A stretch of DNA of 64,000 nt, taken from NCBI GenBank assembly GCA_040954595.2, contig CM082591.2, positions 10,185,309 through 10,249,308 of the forward strand. The letters are read 5' to 3'. Shown in pieces: positions 1-13,410 of the stretch. A model generated the notes under the pieces. It was given only the letters and a program-made list of their open reading frames with translations, was not told the DNA's origin and did no database searches. The DNA comes from Balanoglossus misakiensis. Lineage: Eukaryota; Animalia; Hemichordata. Position 1 is the stretch's first letter. Every line of letters begins with the position of its first letter. A program made the position numbers and the translations under genes.

Positions 1-3000
1 TCAATGCACGACTACTCATTGACCTTGACCACTGTAGCAAGTTTCAGAAGTGTACCTGCATCGGTGTCTGAGATCTCGTGGGTCAAAGAATTGACACAAG
101 AATAAAGAAAGAAAGAAAGAAAGAATTAAAGCTGCAAGCAGCATTGTCCGGGCCCAAGCTCTATTATCTGATCTGATGCTGATATAGTGTTAAGTAGGTC
201 AAAGGTCACCTGAGGTCACCCAACATTTGGGCAAAATATTTTGACCCCATACTGGTCCATGTATAACAAAAACAAAACCTCTAGGTCTATTGGTTCATCT
301 GTAATTAGGTATGTGCATATTTAATGAGGTCAGCAGAGGTCAAAGGGGTCATGAAAAGTAGCGAAATTTTTTGATCACATACAAATCCACATACATCAAA
401 AACCAAAATGATAGCCTTAAAGGTTAGCCTGGAATTAGATATGCAGAAAAATGATGCGTCAAAAGTAGGTCAAAGGTCATTGCCAAAATTACCAAAATAT
501 TTATAGCTTATTCTTGGCATATGATGATTCATATCCATAAAAAGAATTTCTGTGCTATCAATTTTTAGGCTAGAAAGGTAATTTTTACTTTTTAATCGTT
601 TTTCACAAAATCCAATATGGCCGCCATAATCTTTGACCAATCACATTCCCCTTCGCAAACTTGTTAGACATCTGTTTAATAACCACACACACCAAATCTT
701 GTGACTCGGTTATCGCCGGTTCTTGAGAAGAAGATTTTTGAAATTTTACTAGGGTTTTTCGAAAATCCAATATGGCCGCCAAAATCTTCGACCAATCACA
801 ATGATCTTCGCAAACTTGATAGACATCAGTTAGGTGACCACATACACCAAACCCTGTGTCTCGGTTATTGCCGGTTCTGGAGAAGAAGATTTTTGAAATT
901 TAAGCCAGATTTCAGAAAAAAAATTGTAGCAAAAAACTGCAACTTTGTCAGCATAATTTCCAATTACAAAAATGATGGGCAGAAGGTAGTCTACCAGCAT
1001 GCCAAATTTGAAGTCGATCTGACTTGTAGTTTCTGAGATCTGATATTTGCATTTTTTTAGAAAATCCAAGATGGCTGCCAGGTCACGTGACTAATTAAAA
1101 ATTCAAGGGTTCAATGCACGACTACTCATTGACCTTGACCACTGTAGCAAGTTTCAGAAGTGTACCTGCAGCGGTGTCTGAGATCTCGTGGGTCAAAGAA
1201 TTGACACAAGAATAAAGAAAGAAAGAAAGAAAGAAAGTAAAATTCCAACGAAACCAATACGGGCCCAAGCCTGGCTTGGCTTGGGCCCGTAATTAAAGCT
1301 GCAAGCAGCATTGTCCGGGCCCAAGCTCTATTATCTGATTTGATTATTAGATATGCACATAATTAATGAGTAGAAACATAATGTTGTGTTTTATCCCATG
1401 AAATATCAAGGTTATATCTAGGTTTGGTGTTGACATAGTGTTAAGTAGGTCAAAGGTCACCCAGAGGTCACCAATTATTTGGGCAGTATATTTTGACCCA
1501 TAGTGGTCCATGTCCAACAAAAACCAGACCTCTAGCCCTTTTGGTTAGCCCGGAATTATGTATGCACATAAATAATGAGTTAAGCAGGTGTCACAGGTGA
1601 CCCAAAACTTTGGCTTTCATTATGGCCCCATACCTCCAAACGCCAAGGCTGTACCTGCTTTGGATGCCGAGATATGCAAAAGTAGGTCAAAGGTCATCTG
1701 AGGTCACCCAAAATTTGGGCAAGAAAATTTTGACCCATAGTGGTCCATGTCCAACAAAAACCAGACCTCTAGGTCTATTGGTTCATCTGTAATTAGGTAT
1801 GCGCATATTTAATGAGGTCACCAGAGGTCAAAGGGGTCATGAAAAGTAGCAAAATTTTTTGATCACATACAAATCCACATACATCAAAAACCAAACTTAT
1901 AGCCCTATTGGTTAGCCTGGAATTAGATATGCAGAAAAATGATGCGTCAAAAGTAGGTCAAAGGTCATTGCCAAAATTACCAAAATATTTATAGGTTATT
2001 CTTGTCATATGATGATTCATATCCATAAAAAGAATTTCTGTGCTATCAATTTTTAGGCTAGAAAAGGAATTTTTACTTTTTAATCGTTTTTCACAAAATC
2101 CAATATGGCCGCCATAATCTTCGACCAATCACATTCCCCTTCGCAAACTTGATAGACATCTGTTTAATGACCACACACACCAAATCTTGTGACTCGGTTA
2201 TCGCCCGTTCTGGAGAAGAAGATTTTTGAAGTTTTACTATGGTTTTTCGAAAATCCAATATGGCCGCCATAATCTTCGACCAATCACAATGATCTTCGCA
2301 AACTTGATAGACATCAGTTAGGTGACCACATACCCCAAACGGCGTGACTCGGTTATCGCCGGTTCTGGAGAAGAAGATTTTTGAAATTTTGACCAGATTT
2401 CAGAAAAACAACTGTAGCAAAAAAACTGCAACATTGACAGCAAAATATCCAATTACAAAAATGATGGGCAGAGGGTATACTACCAGCACGCCAAATCTTA
2501 ACTCGATCTGACTTGTAGTTTCTGAGATCTGAGATTTGCATTTTTTCAGAAAATCCAATATGGCCGCCATGTCACGTGACTAATTAAGTATTCACAAGTC
2601 ACTGCACATCTACTCATTGACCTTGACCACTGTAGCAAGTTTGAGAACTGTACCTGCAGCGGTGTCTGAGATCTAGAGCGCGAAAGAAGTGAACCAAGAA
2701 TAAAGAAAGAAAGAAAGATTAAAGCTGCGAGCAGCATTGTCGGGCCCAAGCGCTGATCTCGAATTATATATGCACAGTATGAATGAGAAGAAACAGAATT
2801 TCTATCGGATGTATTATCTCATGACATAACAAGGACGTGTGTATTTTTGCTGCTAAAATAGGGTAAAGTAGGTCAAAGGTCACCAGAGGTCACCCAACAT
2901 TTGGGCAAAATATTATGACCCCATACTGGTCCATGTATGACAAAAACCAAACCTCTAGCTCTATTGGTTCGCCTGTAATTAGCTATGTACATAATTAATG

Positions 3001-4184
3001 AGGTCAGCAGAGGTCAAAGGGGTCATGAAAAGTAGCAAAATATTTTGATCACACACTAATCCACATTCATCAAAAACCAAACGTCTAGCCCTATAGGTTA
3101 GCCTTGAATTAAATATGCAGAAATAATAACGCGTGATAAGTAGGTCAAAGGTCAAGTGAAAAATCGCCAAAAATTTGTAACATATTTTCGTCACATGACG
3201 ATTGATATCCATAAAAAGAATTTGTATGCTATCAATTTTTAGACTAGAAAAAGGAATTTCAATTTTTCACTGCTTTTTACAAAATCCAATATGGCCACCA
3301 TAATCTTCGACCAATCACAATGCTCTTTGCAAACTTGATAGACATCAGAGTAGTGACCATACTCCCCGAATCTTGCGACTCAGTCATCGCCCGTTCTGGA
3401 GAAGAAGATTGTTGCAGTTTTACTATGGTTTTTCGAAAAATCCAATATGGCCGCCGTAATCGTCGACCAATCACAATGATCTTCGCAAACTTGATAGACA
3501 TCAGTTAGGTGACCACATACCCCAAACCCCGTGACTTGGTTATCACTGGTTCTGGAGAAGAAGATTTTTGAAATTTAAGCCAGATTTCAGGAAAAAAATT
3601 GTAGCAAAAAAACTGAAACTTTTACAGCATAATTTCCGATTACAAAAATGATGGGCAGAAGGTAGTCTACCTGCATGCCAAATTTGAAGTCGATCTGACT
3701 TGTAGTTTCTGAGATCTGAGATTTGCATTTTTTTAGAAAATCCAATATGGCCGCCAGGTCACGTGACTAATTAAGTATTCACAAGTCACTGCACATCTAC
3801 TCATTGACCTTGACCACTGTAGCAAGTTTGAGCAGTGTACCTGCAGTAGTTTCAGAGATCTCGTTGGCCGAAGAATTGACAGGAGAATAAAGAAAGAAAG
3901 AAAAATTCCAACGAAACCAATAGGGCCCAAGCGCTTGCATGCGCTTGGGCCCTAAAAAACCCCAACGAAACCAATACGGGCCCAAGCCTGGCTTGGCTTG
4001 GGCCCGTAAAAATTCCAACGAAACCAATACGGGCCCAAGCCTGGCTTGGCTTGGGCCCGTAAAGAAGAAGTAGAAGAAAAACCCCAGTAATACCGTAATA
4101 CCAATAGGGCCCAAGCCTGCTGGGCTTGGGCCCTAACCAGGATAATAACAATAGGGCCCAAGCGCTGCATGCGCTTGGGCCCTA
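1..4184. mobile_element. Nested cluster of non-autonomous Helentron-associated (HINE/DINE-1-like) elements, family H1
   Basis: Heads 'ttaaagctgc(a/g)agcagcattgt..gggcccaagc' at 126, 1293 and 2719. ~155-bp internal core repeats (aaaatccaatatggccgcc...gaagaagatttttgaa). (AAAG)n microsatellite. Terminal GC hairpins gggcccaagc..gcttgggccc at 1258-1291 and five times in 3921-4184. No TSD; A/T-rich junctions. This layout matches the HINE architecture. Confidence 0.8.
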
Positions 4185-4288
4185 ACAAGCGCAAAAACAT
4201 ACCAAACCTAGTTTTATTAATTAAAAACAAAATTGCTGAGTAAAGGTTTTCATGTGGGCATTCACTTTGAACTTGCTAAATTAATTTA

Positions 4289-4320
4289 AAGAGACAAAGT
4301 CGCTCTCTCTTTGTCCTTTT
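4289..4320 (+). mobile_element. Solitary degenerate Kolobok-like terminus in the macrosatellite unit
   Basis: ttaa+agagacaaagtcgctctctctttgtcctttt resembles the terminus ttaa+agggacaaagtctctctctcgctgcccttttt of the element at 14599. No partner end was found. Confidence 0.5.
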
Positions 4321-5700
4321 GCGATGATAGAATGCTTGCTTGAAGTCTCTCGTGCAATAAATGATGTCGATTCATACATGTATGGATGGTGTATAGGTGG
4401 TCGGAATTTACATGTCTTCGCCACGTAAAATCAAAGTTTGGGTCATGAAATCGAGTTTTGTTACAGTCTAGAATTTCATGCCACCACTTATGGTCATATT
4501 ATTCTTGGTAGGCAAAAGTGACAAGTAGTCAAGTTTCAACACATGCAACATTTTTTACAAACAAACAACAAAGAAGACATCAAAAGGGAGAGAATTATAG
4601 AATGGTCAATGTGTGAAAAGTTAAGATACGTAAAGTGGCCGGGTTCAACATTAGCTCATCGACTTCATATCGTCTTCATGCCATGGTTTTTGCCTGCCCT
4701 GAAAGTTCTTGTCGTTGCAGAAGTGGTTTTGACAGAAAGAATTTAGTCTTCCGGGATGTTTGTGATTATTTGAACACCAGACAATACAATGCAACCTTGA
4801 CTTCCAAAATACTTACCGGCATTGCATTATCTTACCATGGTTAGGCCTACAGTGAACAAACTTTCAACAATATTTTCTGAGTTACCGCTGATATTTGTTT
4901 TGTAGTATGGATATTAAATTATACATCCCGATACAAATCAGAATGTTATAGAATCCTTCCTGAGTGATATTGAAAAAATTACCGGAATGCTACCGCCTAA
5001 TCTATGGTTAGGGTTATTGCTATTATTTTATATCAGTAATCGACTTTGTGTATATCAATGTCATTTTCATAACGAAAATGAACTCGAGTCTAATGTAAAC
5101 GTTACGAATTGATCGAAAGGCGCTCTGATGAATGTTAACACGAGTGCGCAGTGACAAGACATGCATCGCGCATGACAGTGACAACAGTTCCTATAGAGCA
5201 GTTAAAAAATTAACCGGCCGTCCGTAAATTTATCAGCTATATTTTTTTTTATTTAGTCACGTTTTCCCTGTTGCATGCTATTAGTTCAGGGGCCAGTTTT
5301 AGCAGTGCTCTATTGAGTACTTTCGTATCGATGGATTGATCTCTCGTCCAATCAGAATGGCGGATGGTAGCATGATCCGACATATTGCGTATTACAATAG
5401 GGCTTCCTCATACAGGTCAGAACGGATAGGTCATTCCTTTTATTTTAGGACGTCTCAGCTCCTTTGTCTTTTCTGTTATAGTGTTAAAGAAATCAAACGG
5501 TTTTGTTTTGGCCGGTAAACACCGATGGATTAACTCTTAAGTCCATCGTGCATCCAAACGCAGTCGAGTCGGTTTGGTCATTGTTTATGCGACAGTAAAT
5601 GCCAAATGTGACAGAAGCATCATATTAAATGGGATAGAATACACAAACAAACAAACATACGAATAAACAAACAGGCAAACAAACAAACAAACAACCATTA

Positions 5701-5954
5701 GGGACTGTTCAGAATTTACTTCCAAGTTGGGGATGGAGGATTTTTTATTTTCCTGGTGATTTTTTTCCATGGTCTCCCCTAGTAAATTGTGGAGGAAATA
5801 TGTGGTCCCTCCTTAAATTTCATGGGGATTTTCCATGGTCCCCCCTATTGTGACTTTTATGTCTAGTCTCCCCTAATTTGTCTTGGAGAAAATGAGTGGT
5901 CCCCCCCCCTCTGAAAATTCTCCGCCCCCTTGGAAGTAAATTCTGAACAGTCCC
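5701..5954. mobile_element. PIF/Harbinger (Tourist-like) MITE embedded in the macrosatellite unit (first copy given)
   Basis: 24-26-bp TIR gggactgttcagaatttacttcca...tggaagtaaattctgaacagtccc, flanked by TTA on both sides (5698-5700 and 5955-5957). Confidence 0.85.
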
Positions 5955-6058
5955 TTATTAAAGCCAACAGCTAGCACCCTGGCTTCTCTGCCAGAGGAGC
6001 GATAACATCGACAAAATGCAGATACACAAGAAATGAGCACTTTATTCCACAAGTGAAG

Positions 6059-6146
6059 TAGTCTGTTCCCTGCCCCATTCCCACCGCTGGCTGCGCCCTT
6101 TAGCGTAGCGCCGATGGCAGTGGGAATGGGGCAGGGGACCAGACTA
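6059..6146. mobile_element. 88-bp palindromic mini-transposon with TAG...CTA ends and a 9-bp TSD, in the macrosatellite unit (Academ-like, tentative)
   Basis: tagtctgttccctgccccattcccac...gtgggaatggggcaggggaccagacta, flanked by the direct repeat caagtgaag (6050-6058 and 6147-6155). The superfamily is inferred from termini and TSD length only. Confidence 0.75.
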
Positions 6147-9100
6147 CAAGTGAAGAACCCCAGTAACAGACGTAACGAACAAACAAACTACATGTACTAA
6201 CAACAAAGCAAGAAAAGTGTCAAGCGTCGTCAAAGAAAACGAAAAAGTTCTAGCATGGTTGGTAAAAGTTATTGGTAGAAAACGAATAGGGCCTTCTACA
6301 AATGACGTCTCAGACCCGCAAACGCCACCAGAACACAAAACACATGCACAGAACAGTTTAAGCCGGTTGTTGTATGGAGCAGCAATAATCTGCGGTTGGG
6401 CCGTCGTAGATTTTCGCTGGTGGTGAAAATAAATAAAACACGATCGATGTTCGATTTATTTCAGATCACATGCGTTTACGGCCAGGAGAGAGCATAAAAG
6501 TCTTCAAATGACCATGTGGTGGCGCACTTTTTCCGATTGGCTGTATTTCAATTTGTTCGTGGTAAATTAATTTTGTGGAGGTGACCGGCACTGAAGCTCT
6601 TAGCTAGGATGAGGTGGGATGGAAAAATGCCCCATTTTAGCTGTTTTAAAATATACGACTATTTATAGACAAAAGGAAAATAAAACAAGCGCAAAAACAT
6701 ACCTAACCTAGTTTTATTAATTAAAAACAAAATTGCTGAGTAAAGGTTTTCATGTGGGCATTCACTTTGAACTTGCTAAATTAATTTAAAGAGACAAAGT
6801 CGCTCTCTCTTTGTCCTTTTGCGATGATAGAATGCTTGCTTGAAGTCTCTCGTGCAATAAATGATGTCGATTCATACATGTATGGATGGTGTATAGGTGG
6901 TCGGAATTTACATGTCTTTGCCACGACCAAACCAACAACACGTAAAATCAAAGTTTGGGTCATGAAATCGAGTTTTGTTACAGTCTAGAATTTCATGCCA
7001 CCCCTTATGGTCATATTATTCTTGGTAGGCAAAAGTGACAAGTAGTCAAGTTTCAACACAGGCAACATTTTTTACAAACAAACCACAAAGAAGACATCAA
7101 AAGGGAGAGAATTATAGAATGGTCAATGTGTGAAAAGTTAAGATACGTAAAGTGGCCGGGTTCAACATTAACTCATCGACTTCATATCGTCTTCATGCCA
7201 TGGTTTTTGCCTGCCCTGAAAGTTCTTGTCGTTGCAGAAGTGGTTTTGACAGAAAGAATTTAGTCTTCCGGGATGTTTGTGATTATTTGAACACCAGACA
7301 ATACAATGCAACCTTGACTTCCAAAATACTTACCGGCATTGCATTATCTTACCATGGTTAGGCCTACAGTGAACAAATTTTCAACAATATTTTCTGAGTT
7401 ACCGCTGATATTTGTTTTGTAGTATGGATATTAAATTATACATCCCGATACAAAACAGAATGTTATAGAATCCTTCCTGAGTGATATTGAAAAAATTACC
7501 GGAATGCTACCGCCTAATCTATGGTTAGGGTTATTGCTATTATTTTATATCAGTAATCGACTTTGTGTATATCAATGTCATTTTCATAACGAAAATGAAC
7601 CCGAGTCTAATGTAAACGTTACGAATTGATCGAAAGGCGCTCTGATGAATGTTAACACGAGTGCGCAGTGACAAGACATGCATCGTGCATGACGGTGACA
7701 ACAGTTCCTATAGAGCAGTTAAAAAATAAACCGGCCGTCCGTAAATTTATCAGCTATATTTTTTTTTATTTAGTCACGTTTTCCCTGTTGCATGCTATTA
7801 GTTCAGGGGCCAGTTTTAGCAGTGCTCTATTGAGTACTTTCGTATCGATGGATTGATCTCTCGTCCAATCAGAATGGCGGATGGTAGCATGATCCGACAT
7901 ATTGAGTATTACAATAGGGCTTCCTCATACAGGTCAGAACGGAGAGGTCATTCCTTTTATTTTAGGACGTCTCAGCTCCTTTGTCTTTTCTGTTATAGTG
8001 TTAAAGAAATCAGACGGTTTTGTTTTGGCCGGTAAACACCGATGGATTAACTCTTAAGTCCATCGTGCATCCAAACGCAGTCGAGTCGGTTTGGTCATTG
8101 TTTATGCGACAGTAAATGCCAAATGTGACAGAAGCATCATATTAAATGAGATAGAATACACAAACAAACAAACATACGAATAAACAAACAGGCAAACAAA
8201 CAAACAAACAACCATTAGGGACTGTTCAGAATTTACTTCCAAGTTGGAGATGGAGGATTTTTTATTTTCCTGGTGATTTTTTTCCATGGTCTCCCCTAGT
8301 AAATTGTGGAGGAAATATGTGGTCCCTCCTAAAATTTCCTGGGGATTTTCCATGGTCCCCCTATTGTGACTTTTATGTCTAGTCTCCCCTAATTTGTCTT
8401 GGAGAAAATGGGTGGTCCCCCCCCTCTGAAAATTCTCCGCCCCCTGGAAGTAAATTCTGAACAGTCCCTTATGAAAGCCAACAGCTAGCACCCCGGCTTC
8501 TCTGCCAGAGGAGCGATAACATCGACAAAATGCAGATACACAAGAAATGAGCACTTTATTCCACTAGTGAAGTAGTCTGTTCCCTGCCCCATTCCCACCG
8601 CTGGCTGCGCCCTTTAGCGTAGCGTCGATGGCAGTGGGAATGGGGCAGGGGACCAGACTACAAGTGAAGAACCCCAGTAACAGACGTAACGAACAAACAA
8701 ACTACATGTACTAACAACAAAGCAAGAAAAGTGTCAAGCGTCGTCAAAGAAAACGAAAAAGTTCTAGCATGGTTGGTAAAAGTTATTGGTAGAAAACGAA
8801 TAGGGCCTTCTACAAATGACGTCTCAGACCCGCAAACGCCACCAGAACACAAAACACATGCACAGAAAAGTTTAAGCCGGTTGTTGTATGGAGCAGCAAT
8901 AATCTGCGGTTGGGCCGTCGTAGATTTTCGCTGGTGGTGAAAATAAATAAAACACCACCGATGTTCGATTTATTCCAGATCACATGCGTTTACGGCCAGG
9001 AGAGAGCATAAAAGTCTTCAAATGACCATGTGGTGGCGCACTTTTTCCGATTGGCTGTATTTCAATTTGTTCGTGGTAAATTAATTTTGTGGAGGTGACC

Positions 9101-12100
9101 GGCACTGAAGCTCTTAGCTAGGATGAGGTGGGATGGAAAAATGCCCCATTTTAGCTGTTTTAAAATATACGACTATTTATAGACAAAAGGAAAATAAAAC
9201 AAGCGCAAAAACATACCAAACCTAGTTTTATTAATTAAAAACAAAATTGCTGAGTAAAGGTTTTCATGTGGGCATTCACTTCGAACTTGCTAAATTAATT
9301 TAAAGAGACAAAGTCGCTCTCTCTTTGTCCTTTTGCGATGATAGAATGCTTGCTTGAAGTCTCTCGTGCAATAAATGATGTCGATTCATACATGTATGGA
9401 TGGTGTATAGGTGGTCGGAATTTACATGTCTTCGCCACGACCAAACCAACAACACGTAAAATCAAAGTTTGGGTCATTAAATCGAGTTTGGTTACAGTCT
9501 AGAATTTCATGCCACCCCTTATGGTCATATTATTCTTGGTAGGCAAAAGTGACAAGTAGTCAAGTTTCAACACAGGCAACATTTTTTACAAACAAACCAC
9601 AAAGAAGACATCAAAAGGGAGAGAATTATAGAATGGTCAATGTGTGAAAAGTTAAGATACGTAAAGTGGCCGGGTTCAACATTAACTCATCGACTTCATA
9701 TCGTCTTCATGCCATGGTTTTTGCCTGCCCTGAAAGTTCTTGTCGTTGCAGAAGTGGTTTTGACAGAAAGAATTTAGTCTTCCGGGATGTTTGTGACTAT
9801 TTGAACACCAGACAATACAATGCAACCTTGACTTCCAAAATATTTACCGGCATTGCATTATCTTACCATGGTTAGGCCTACAGTGAACAAATTTTCAACA
9901 ATATTTTCTGAGTTACCGCTGATATTTGTTTTGTAGTATGGATATTAAATTATACATCCCGATACAAAACAGAATGTTATAGAATCCTTCCTGAGTGATA
10001 TTGAAAAAATTACCGGAATGCTACCGCCTAATCTATGGTTAGGGTTATTGCTATTATTCTATATCAGTAATCGACTTTGTGTATATCAATGTCATTTTCA
10101 TAACGAAAATGAACTCGAGTCTAATGTAAACGTTACGAATTGATCGAAAGGCGCTCTGATGAATGTTAACACGAGTGCGCAGTGACAAGACATGCATCGT
10201 GCATGACAGTGACAACAGTTCCTATAGAGCAGTTAAAAAATAAACCGGCCGTCCGTAAATTTATCAGCTATTTTTTTTTTATTTAGTCACGTTTTCCCTG
10301 TTGCATGCTATTAGTTCAGGGGCCAGTTTTAGCAGTGCTCTATTGAGTACTTTCGTATCGATGGATTGATCTCTCGTCCAATCAGAATGGCGGATGGTAG
10401 CATGATCCGACATATTGCGTATTACAATAGGGCTTCCTCATACAGGTCAGAACGGAGAGGTCATTCCTTTTATTTTAGGACGTCTCAGCTCCTTTGTCTT
10501 TTCTGTTATAATGTTAAAGAAATCAAACGGTTTTGTTTTGGCCGGTAAACACCGATGGATTAACTCTTAAGTCCATCGTGCATCCAAACGCAGTCGAGTC
10601 GGTTTGGTCATTGTTTATGCGACAGTAAATGCCAAATGTGACAGAAGCATCATATTAAATGAGATAGAATACACAAACAAACAAACATACGAATAAACAA
10701 ACAGGCAAACAAACAACCATTAGGGACTGTTCAGAATTTACTTCCAAGTTTGGGATGGAGGATTTCTTATTTTCCTGGGGATTTTTTTCCATGGTCTCCC
10801 CTAGTAAATTGTGGAGGAAATATGTGGTCCCTCCTTAAATTTCCTGGGGATTTTCCATGGTCCCCCTATTGTGACTTTGTCTAGTCTCCCCTAATTTGTC
10901 TTGGAGAAAATGGGTGGTCCCCCCCCCCTCTGAAAATTCTCCGCCCCCTGGAAGTAAATTCTGAACAGTCCCTTATTAAAGCCAACAGCTAGCACCCTGG
11001 CTTCTCTGCCAGAGGAGCGATAACATCGACAAAATGCAGATACACAAGAAATGAGCACTTTATTCCACAAGTGAAGTAGTCTGTTCCCTGCCCCATTCCC
11101 ACCGCTGGCTGCGCCCTTTAGCGTAGCGCCGATGGCAGTGGGAATGGGGCAGGTGACCAGACTACAAGTGAAGAACCCCAGTAACAGACGTAACGAACAA
11201 ACAAACTACATGTACTAACAACAAAGCAAGAAAAGTGTCAAGCGTCGTCAAAGAAAACGAAAAAGTTCTAGCATGGTTGGTAAAAGTTATTGGTAGAAAA
11301 CGAATAGTGCCTTCTACAAATGACGTCTCAGACCCGCAAACGCCACCAGAACACAAAACACATGCACAGAACAGTTTAAGCCGGTTGTTGTATGGAGCAT
11401 CAATAATCTGCGGTTGGGCCGTCGTAGATTTTCGCTGGTGGTGAAAATAAATAAAACACGATCGATGTTCGATTTATTCCAGATCACATGCGTTTACGGC
11501 CAGGAGAGAGCATAAAAGTCTTCAAATGACCATGTGGTGGCGCACTTTTTCCGATTGGCTGTATTTCAATTTGTTCGTGGTAAATTAATTTTGTGGAGGT
11601 GACCGGCACTGAAGCTCTTAGCTAGGATGAGGTGGGATGGAAAAATGCCCCATTTTAGATGTTTTAAAATATACGACTATTTATAGACAAAAGGAAAATA
11701 AAACGAGCGCAAAAACATACCAAACCTAGTTTTATTAATTAAAAACAAAATTGCCGAGTAAAGGTTTTCATGTGGGCATTCACTTTGAACTTGCTAAATT
11801 AATTTAAAGAGACAAAGTCGCTCTCTCTTTGTCCTTTTGCGATGATAGAATGCTTGCTTGAAGTCTCTCGTGCAATAAATTATGTCGATTCATACATGTA
11901 TGGATGGTGTATAGGTGGTCGGAATTTACATGTCTTTGCCACGACCAAACCAACAACACGTAAAATCAAAGTTTGGGTCATGAAATCGAGTTTTGTTACA
12001 GTCTAGAATTTCATGCCACCCCTTATGGTCATATTATTCTTGGTAGGCAAAAGTGACAAGTAGTCAAGTTTCAACACAGGCAACATTTTTTTACAAACAA

Positions 12101-13029
12101 ACCACAAAGAAGACATCAAAAGGGAGAGAATTATAGAATGGTCAATGTGTGAAAAGTTAAGATACGTAAAGTGGCCGGGTTCAACATTAACTCATCGACT
12201 TCATATCGTCTTTGTGCCATGGTTTTTGCCTGCCCTGAAAGTTCTTGTCGTTGCAGAAGTGGTTTTGACAGAAAGAATTTAGTCTTCCGGGATGTTTGTG
12301 ATTATTTGAACACCAGACAATACAATGCAACCTTGACTTCCAAAATACTTACCGGCATTGCATTATCTTACCATGGTTAGGCCTACAGTGAACACATTTT
12401 CAACAATATTTTCTGAGTTACCGCTGATATTTGTTTTGTAGTATGGATATTAAATTATACATCCCGATACAAAACAGAATGTTATAGAATCCTTCCTGAG
12501 TGATATTGAAAAAATTACCGGAATGCTACCGCCTAATCTATGGTTAGGGTTATTGCTATTATTTTATATCAGTAATCGACTTTGTGTATATCAATGTCAT
12601 TTTTATAACGAAAATGAACTCGAGTCTAATGTAAACGTTACGAATTGATCGAAAGGCGCTCTGGTGAATGTTAACACGAGTGCGCAGTGACAAGACATGC
12701 ATCGTGCATGACAGTGACAACAGTTCCTATAGAGCAGTTAAAAAATAAACCGGTCGTCCGTAAATTTATCAGCTATATTTTTTTTTATTTAGTCACGTTT
12801 TCCCTGTTGCATGCTATTAGTTCAGGGGCCAGTTTTAGCAGTGCTCTATTGAGTACTTTCGTATCGATGGATTGATCTCTCGTCCAATCAGAATGGCGGA
12901 TGGTAGCATGATCCGACATATTGCGTATTACAATAGGGCTTCCTCATACAGGTCAGAACGGAGAGGTCATTCCTTTTATTTTAGGACGTCTCAGCTCCTT
13001 TGTCTTTTCTGTTATTTTTGACAAATGCG

Positions 13030-13350
13030 GATTGACGTTCCATTTCCAATTGGCGATAATTATATTTATTTGTATTTCATTGCATAAGCGCTTGCTAGTC
13101 GTTTTTTCGCAATTTTTTTGTAGTACAAAAACACTGAAGAAAACGAAATATTTTATTCATTCGCACTTCCAAAGAACACCGTGACAGAATTCCTCAATTT
13201 GCATTTCAGTTTGTGTGTCTGGTGTGTCTGCATTGACGTGAGGCGCATTCTCCACCCGCACACATACGTTGCATTGCATTCTTTGACTAATTAGTGTGAC
13301 GTCATGTTGAAGCAGGATTCTGATTGAGTAGTAAGTAATTTGCATAATTG
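13030..13350 (+). promoter_or_regulatory. Putative promoter/first-exon region of the spliced locus
   Basis: Full CRE TGACGTCA (13297-13304), several TGACG half-sites, octamers ATTTGCAT (13197 and 13338), and a GTAAGT donor at 13331. Motif evidence only. Confidence 0.3.
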
Positions 13351-13410
13351 ACGCACAGCTGGTGCCTCGTTCTCCTACCGCTGACCGTTGCATTTGAAAA
13401 ATCATTGCAG

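Larger units (their letters stand above)
4184..13015. repeat. Macrosatellite array 1: ~2.51-kb unit, ~3.5 copies
   Basis: The same ORF-track marker recurs at 4635, 7152, 9666 and 12171. Units are near-identical. The array ends abruptly at '...ttttctgttat' (13015). Confidence 0.97.

Noticed and set aside
3901-4184. CRISPR-like array of palindromic repeats
   Set aside because: Eukaryotic context, no cas genes, and the 'spacers' are related to each other. The repeats are transposon tails.
4809-4840. U1 snRNA-like start 'atacttaccggca'
   Set aside because: No U1 loop I, correctly placed loop II or Sm site follows. It is better read as a minus-strand splice donor.
5113-5145. Hammerhead-like words cgaaa and ctgatga
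   Set aside because: The spacing leaves no room for stems I and III, and no GAAA follows a stem II.
4635-6426. Recurrent 60-70-aa ORFs in the macrosatellite (MAGF..., MISR..., MSSV..., etc.)
   Set aside because: Many start at GTG/TTG, none has a recognisable domain, several are broken in some units, and they recur only because the DNA is repeated.
6474-6600. 5S-like 'gtttacggcca' and SL-RNA-like GT plus 'aattttgtgg'
   Set aside because: The similarity ends after ~11 nt, and there are no internal control boxes or convincing stem-loops.
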